Shown here piece by piece: positions 43,834 to 48,695 of a stretch of 48,695 nucleotides of DNA. Position numbers and translations under genes: made by a program. Under the pieces are notes generated by a model. It was given only the letters and a program-made list of their open reading frames with translations. It made no database searches and was not told where the DNA came from. Within the stretch, counting starts at the first letter, position 1. The number at the start of each line of letters is the position of its first letter. The stretch spans positions 1-48,695 of the IMG/VR virus record IMGVR_UViG_3300033405_000946, one strand, 5' to 3'. This DNA is from a virus. Lineage: Duplodnaviria > Caudoviricetes.

Positions 43834-45779
43834 CCTCCTCAACTCAGATCGAAATCCGCCACTTCCACCTGTTCTGCGGCCTGGGCGGTGGTGCGAAGGG
43901 CTTCAACAAGGGTGAAGCCCGGGTTGGTTCCCTTCATGCCAAGTTCCGCTGCCTGGGCGGTATCGATTGCTCTCCGGCCGCCATCCGCGATTTCGAGCGC
44001 CTGTCCGGCGTGCCGGGCACGGTCCTGGATCTGTTCAGCCGGGAGCAGTACGTCGCCTTCCACGGCCAGGAGCCCCCGGCCGGGTGGCGAGAGGCCACTC
44101 CTGACGACATTCGCCGGGCCGCAGGCTACGAAACCCCGCATATCGGCTTCCTCTCCGCGCCGTGCAAGGGGTTCTCTGGGCTGCTCTCGGAATCCAAGAG
44201 CGGCACCGAGCGCTACCAAGCCCTGAACGCCCTCACGCTGCGCGGCATCTGGTTGACGCTGGAGGCCTTCCAGGACGATCCGCTGGCCCTGCTGGTCTTC
44301 GAGAATGTGCCCAGGATCGCCACGCGCGGCCGCCATCTCCTGGACCAGATCGGGGCGTTGCTGCGCTCCTACGGCTACGCAGTGGCCGAAACCACCCACG
44401 ATTGCGGCGAGCTGGGCGGCCTGGCCCAGTCCCGCAAGCGCTTCCTGCTGGTGGCCAGGCACACGGGAAAGATCCCGACGTTCCTGTACGAGCCGGTCAA
44501 GCGCCCGTTGCGCGCCGTGGGCGACGTGCTCTCGCGCCTGCCCATGCCCGGCACCGGTCTGGGCGGTCCCATGCACCGCATGCCGGCGTTGCAGTGGAAA
44601 ACCTGGGTGCGCCTGGCCTTCGTCAAGGCCGGTTCCGACTGGCGATCGCTCTCAAGCCTGCGCGTGGAAGACGGCATCCTGGCCGATTACGGCATCGTAC
44701 CTGTCAGGGAGTGGCGGGAAAATACTCTTGGGGTGTTGCCCTGGGACGGCCCGGCCGGGACCATCACTGGAAACCCTGGCCCGACCAATGGCCGCTTCTC
44801 GGTGGCCGACCCCCGCGCCCTCGAGGCAATGCGCGGCGACTGCCTGGGCGTGATGGATTGGCACGAGCACTCCGGTACCGTGACCAGCCGGGGCTACCCC
44901 ATGAACGGCAAGTTCAGCGTGGCCGATCCTCGATTCGAGGGCCACGAGTACGGCCAATACGGCGTGCGTGTATGGGATGAGCCTTGCGGCGCTGTAAGCG
45001 GCCAGTCCGCGCCCGGAGGCGGACGATTTTCCATTGCCGATCCCAGAATGCCCGAGAGCAAAAACAGGCATTTCAACCTGTACCGCATCACGGACTGGAA
45101 TGAATCCGCCGGCTGCATCACCGGAGCGTCCCACGCCGCCAACGGCAGGCTTTCCGTAGCTGATCCCCGGCCGAGCGGTCCCATTCACGGAAAATACGGT
45201 GTGGTGCCGTTCGACCGCGCCTCCGGAACAGTCATCGGGGGCAGCACAACAGGGCAGGGGGCTTACGCCGTGGCGGACCCGCGCGTGTGGCCAGACGGCC
45301 GCGAGCACTACCAGGGCGCGGGCCACTACGGAGTCACACCCTGGGACGGACCCTCCGGCGCGGTGGTGGGGCACGCCAAGCAGGATCGCGGCCCATGGTC
45401 GGTGGCCGATCCGCGAACTTGCGAAATTTCGCAAACTGACCTGAATGCTTACCTGCCTACGCATGATCAGAAGTTGGTGGCCATCATCCGCGCCCTGGAC
45501 GGCACATGGCACCGTCCATTCACCACTCTGGAGCTGGCCGCCCTGCAGGGCCTGGTCGACCCCGAAGAGCAGCTCGAACTTGACGGTCTGTCCGATTCCG
45601 CGTGGCGCGAACGCATCGGCAACGCCGTGCCGCCTCCTGCCGCCCAGGCCATCGCGGGCGTCATGGGCACCACGTTGCTCTTGGCCATGTCCGGCGAGAC
45701 GTTCAGCATGAGCGCCATGCCCGTGTGGGTGCAACCGGTAGTGTCCGGAATGATGGCGGCGCAAGAGGAGGTGGCATAA
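43830..45779 (+). CDS. C5 DNA cytosine methyltransferase with six internal ADPR repeats
   Basis: FCGLGG (motif I), PCKGFS (IV), ENV (VI), QSRKR (VIII), IGNAVPP (X). Confidence 0.92.
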   Translation: MTSSTQIEIRHFHLFCGLGGGAKGFNKGEARVGSLHAKFRCLGGIDCSPAAIRDFERLSGVPGTVLDLFSREQYVAFHGQEPPAGWREATPDDIRRAAGYETPHIGFLSAPCKGFSGLLSESKSGTERYQALNALTLRGIWLTLEAFQDDPLALLVFENVPRIATRGRHLLDQIGALLRSYGYAVAETTHDCGELGGLAQSRKRFLLVARHTGKIPTFLYEPVKRPLRAVGDVLSRLPMPGTGLGGPMHRMPALQWKTWVRLAFVKAGSDWRSLSSLRVEDGILADYGIVPVREWRENTLGVLPWDGPAGTITGNPGPTNGRFSVADPRALEAMRGDCLGVMDWHEHSGTVTSRGYPMNGKFSVADPRFEGHEYGQYGVRVWDEPCGAVSGQSAPGGGRFSIADPRMPESKNRHFNLYRITDWNESAGCITGASHAANGRLSVADPRPSGPIHGKYGVVPFDRASGTVIGGSTTGQGAYAVADPRVWPDGREHYQGAGHYGVTPWDGPSGAVVGHAKQDRGPWSVADPRTCEISQTDLNAYLPTHDQKLVAIIRALDGTWHRPFTTLELAALQGLVDPEEQLELDGLSDSAWRERIGNAVPPPAAQAIAGVMGTTLLLAMSGETFSMSAMPVWVQPVVSGMMAAQEEVA

Positions 45780-46892
45780 ATGCAACCCGCCATTCTTGAC
45801 GCCCACGGCCACACCCCGGCCCCCTTGACCGTCCATGAACGCGAATGGGCCTCCGCTGTGGACTCGGGCAAGGTCATGGCCGCCTTCACCGAGTTAAAGC
45901 GCCGCCAGGCACTTTCGCTCTCCGAAAAGATCGACATGTCTTTGGCCAGAATCAAGGATTGGTATGAGGCCTGGGACGGGCAGGTATCCGTGTCCTTCTC
46001 AGGCGGCAAGGATTCTTCGGTACTTCGCTGGCTGGTTCGCCTGCTCTATCCGGACGTGCCTATGGTGCACTGCAACACCGGTCTCGAATACCCCGAGGTG
46101 GAGCGCATGGTGAAGTCCACCCCGAACCACATAATCTTGCGCCCGGCGATGCCCTTTTGGCGTGTCATTCAGGTCCACGGATGGCCCATAGCCTCCAAGA
46201 AGATCGCGCGCGGGGTCAACATCCTGCGCCACCCCACCCCGAACAACGCCAATATACGCCGCCTCTACGACGAGGGAATCAACCGCTTCGGACGCCTTGT
46301 GCACGGCTACAAGATCGCCAAGCAATGGCGTTTCCTGATTGATGCCCCGTTTCCGGTCTCGGACGCCTGCTGTGGGGTAATGAAGAAAACCCCGGCCGCT
46401 AAGTATGAGAAAGCCACCGGCCGCAAGCCTTTCGTTGGCACCCTGGCCAGCGACAGCAAGCAGCGCCAAAAGCAGTACATCAAGACCGGCTGCAACGCCT
46501 ACGACCAGGAGCATCCCAAGTCGCAGCCGCTATCGTTCTGGACCGAGCAAGACGTGCTGGCCTGCATTCGCGAACACAACATCCCCATTCCCTCCGTGTA
46601 CGGGCGCATTGAAGACCGGGAGGACGGGCAACTGATCACCACGGGAGTGCGCCGCACTGGCTGCGTGTTCTGCTGCTTCGGGCTGCATATGGATCACTTG
46701 GACGGCCCAGACAATCGTTTCCAGATGCTTTCGCGCACCCACCCGCGCCTCTACAGCTACTGCATGGATCGCTTGGGGCTGCGCGGCGTATTGCAGCACT
46801 GCAAGGATAAGGCGCCAGCGAATTTGGCCAAGCGCTTTGTGTGGGAACCGGAACAGCGATTCGAGCAGTGCAGCATCGCGGAGGAAGTATGA
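45780..46892 (+). CDS. PAPS-reductase-family protein
   Basis: PP-loop SFSGGKDS, NTGLE.PE, CC..MKK.P, RTGC.FC. Confidence 0.88.
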   Translation: MQPAILDAHGHTPAPLTVHEREWASAVDSGKVMAAFTELKRRQALSLSEKIDMSLARIKDWYEAWDGQVSVSFSGGKDSSVLRWLVRLLYPDVPMVHCNTGLEYPEVERMVKSTPNHIILRPAMPFWRVIQVHGWPIASKKIARGVNILRHPTPNNANIRRLYDEGINRFGRLVHGYKIAKQWRFLIDAPFPVSDACCGVMKKTPAAKYEKATGRKPFVGTLASDSKQRQKQYIKTGCNAYDQEHPKSQPLSFWTEQDVLACIREHNIPIPSVYGRIEDREDGQLITTGVRRTGCVFCCFGLHMDHLDGPDNRFQMLSRTHPRLYSYCMDRLGLRGVLQHCKDKAPANLAKRFVWEPEQRFEQCSIAEEV

Positions 46893-47110
46893 TCCGCCGC
46901 ACCCTCGAAACCCTGGCCACCGTCCTGGTGCTCCTCGCCGTCTGGCTCATCGGCTCGCTCGACATCCAAGGCCAGTACCTCATGCTCGCCGCGCAGGCGC
47001 TCTGGTTCGCCTGGTCCGTCCTGACTAGGCATTGGCCGTTGGCGGTCCAGAGCGTCGTCCTGGAAGTCCTCACCATCAACGCCATTATCACCTGGAGTCA
47101 CGCCTTATGA
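46889..47110 (+). CDS. Small multi-TM membrane protein
   Basis: Three hydrophobic segments; ATGA coupling. Confidence 0.55.
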   Translation: MIRRTLETLATVLVLLAVWLIGSLDIQGQYLMLAAQALWFAWSVLTRHWPLAVQSVVLEVLTINAIITWSHAL

Positions 47111-47520
47111 ACGGCAATTCCATTCAGCGCATCATCATCGATCCTGCCGCCAACGGCGTTATCCTGAAAGCGGGTGAGAACACGAAGGTTTTCATCCTGG
47201 AACCTGGCACCCGGAGCAGGGCAGTCCATGATCTCCTCAAAGAAGTGGCCAACGCAATGGGCGATGGACTGGAGGTGAATGTTCAAGTGTCGGACCCAGG
47301 CGGCCGTGAGGCAGCCATATCCTCCAGGTCGCCGCGCACGAAGCTCAAGGAAAACGACGTATCCGATGAATACAGCGTTCCAGTGAAGACGCTTCAGGGT
47401 TGGCGTCGGCTGGGCACCGGTCCGGCGTACGAGAAGATCGGGTCGAGCATCTATTACGACAGGACAGTTCTTGACGAGTTCTTCCGCAAACACCGCATCA
47501 TGACCACCGGGGAGGCCTAG
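47107..47520 (+). CDS. Excisionase-like protein (C-terminal HTH)
   Basis: VKTLQGWR..G.GPAY.KIG..IYY...LD.F; last gene of the early operon, converging on int. Confidence 0.8.
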   Translation: MNGNSIQRIIIDPAANGVILKAGENTKVFILEPGTRSRAVHDLLKEVANAMGDGLEVNVQVSDPGGREAAISSRSPRTKLKENDVSDEYSVPVKTLQGWRRLGTGPAYEKIGSSIYYDRTVLDEFFRKHRIMTTGEA

Positions 47521-47528
47521 CCGCGATG

Positions 47529-48677
47529 TCAGTTTCCCTTCAAAACGGCGTCGATGATGCGCAGTTTGTCCCGCTGATGGCCAGGGATCAGGTGGGCATA
47601 GCGCAAGGTCATCTCGATCCGCTCATGGCGCATCAGCTCCATCAACTCCTGCAGCGTCACCTGGCCGCTCTGAGCCAGCCAAGACGCGAACGTGTGCCGA
47701 AGCGTATGGAAGCGTACCTTGCGTCGCGAGTCGGTGATGCCGGCATTCAGGCCGAGATCGGAGGCGACGCGGTCGAAGGTCTCGCTGATGCCCCAGCGCA
47801 ACTTGCCCGCTTTTTTCGCCTTGGTGCCGGGGCGCGACTGGAAAACGTGCTCGTCCGGATTGCGGTCGTAGGCCAGGAGCATCTTGATGACGTCCGGAGA
47901 GGCGTGCACATGCTGCGCGGCTCCGCCCTTGGCCTTGAAGTGGATGAGGCCTACGGCCTGGTCGATGCCCTGTCCCTGGATGTCGAATATCTCAGTGGCG
48001 CGCAATCCGGTCTTGAGGGAAAGCAGCGCCATGTCGTGCAGCTGGGGCGAACGGCGCTTGAGTTCGTCCAGCAACATGGTGGCCTCTTCGCGGGACAGGA
48101 ACCGCACCGCGGAGTTTTCCGCGCGGGGAAGCTGGAACGATCCGCCGCGCCTGACCGCGAAGGGGTTGGGCATCTGGAGCTTCAAGGCGTCGATGGAGTA
48201 GTTGACCGCCCGTCGCAGGAAGCCGAAGCAGTGCCGGATGGACTGGTCTCCCAGCGTCTTGGCCAGGCGCTTCTTGATGTCGGTGAGCATCTGCGGGGTC
48301 ACGGCCACGACCGGGATGGCATGGAGGTCGGCGCGCAGGTGCAGGTCATAGCGGTTCAGGTCCGGCCCGGTGCGCTTTTTCTCGCCCTCTGCCCAGCGCA
48401 GGTAGGCGTCTACGCATTCCCCCACGGTGATGGTGCGCATGAGGGTGGGGTTCTTGCCGGCGGCCACTTCGTTGAGCAGTTTGATGCGCTCCTTGCTGGC
48501 GTAGGCTGCGCGCACGCCCGCAGAGTGCTTGCCCACCGTATGCCAGCAGAGCTTACCGGCGGCGTCGCGGTAGCAGACCGTGTAGGTGCGGTCGACCGGA
48601 GCGCCGGGCTTCTTGACGGCCGATTCCCGGTAGAAGACGCCCTCGTACTTGGTCTTGAAGTGCTTCCGCTCTCCCAT
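47529..48677 (-). CDS. int: Tyrosine integrase
   Basis: TGLRATE, HTLRHTFAS, RH....T.RYAH catalytic residues; start could be GTG 48695. Confidence 0.95.
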   Translation of the reverse strand: MGERKHFKTKYEGVFYRESAVKKPGAPVDRTYTVCYRDAAGKLCWHTVGKHSAGVRAAYASKERIKLLNEVAAGKNPTLMRTITVGECVDAYLRWAEGEKKRTGPDLNRYDLHLRADLHAIPVVAVTPQMLTDIKKRLAKTLGDQSIRHCFGFLRRAVNYSIDALKLQMPNPFAVRRGGSFQLPRAENSAVRFLSREEATMLLDELKRRSPQLHDMALLSLKTGLRATEIFDIQGQGIDQAVGLIHFKAKGGAAQHVHASPDVIKMLLAYDRNPDEHVFQSRPGTKAKKAGKLRWGISETFDRVASDLGLNAGITDSRRKVRFHTLRHTFASWLAQSGQVTLQELMELMRHERIEMTLRYAHLIPGHQRDKLRIIDAVLKGN

Positions 48678-48695
48678 GTCCCAGTAGTACCGCAC

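Larger units (their letters stand above)
1654..48695. mobile_element. Temperate prophage (lambda-like head, long non-contractile tail) integrated at tRNA-Arg(CCG); right att end lies beyond the window
   Basis: att-type tRNA fragment at left, tyrosine integrase at right, and replication, packaging, head, lysis, tail and immunity modules between. Confidence 0.95.

Noticed and set aside
45780-46892. Sulfate-assimilation cysH or a dnd phosphorothioation operon
   Set aside because: Context is a phage early operon; no other cys or dnd genes seen

Overview
The window is almost entirely one apparently complete temperate siphovirus-type prophage (about 1654 to beyond 48695). The host is probably a Desulfovibrionaceae-like bacterium, inferred from the DnaN-like C-terminus and gene content. 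The prophage sits at a tRNA-Arg(CCG) site: the duplicated 3' half of the tRNA is at 1654-1700 and the tyrosine integrase is at the far right end. A flanking sensor histidine kinase occupies 1-1149. Prophage order: D5/P4-type helicase, iteron-rich putative origin, CHC2/TOPRIM primase, ParB-MTase, lambda-like terminase, an accessory (moron) block, lambda-like head genes, lysis cassette, tail genes with a -1 frameshift chaperone, 2135-aa tape measure, tail tip and LamG receptor-binding gene, patatin, a secreted repeat protein, CI/Cro/CII switch, early genes (beta-clamp, DUF5131, MazG, C5 MTase, PAPS-reductase-like), Xis and Int. The best candidate for an undescribed system is the AT-rich, self-contained three-gene moron at 11698-12823. 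It encodes a DUF3467-like protein, a protein whose Ser/Thr-rich tail is written over the next gene, and an ADP-ribosyltransferase-like protein, and so resembles a toxin-antitoxin-chaperone anti-phage module without SecB. Other notable signals are a copy of the lytic promoter with its operator mutated ahead of a secreted 5-repeat protein, a CI lacking its autocleavage dyad, and a free-standing copy of the helicase C-terminal domain. All family calls come from motif recognition by eye; no searches were run.
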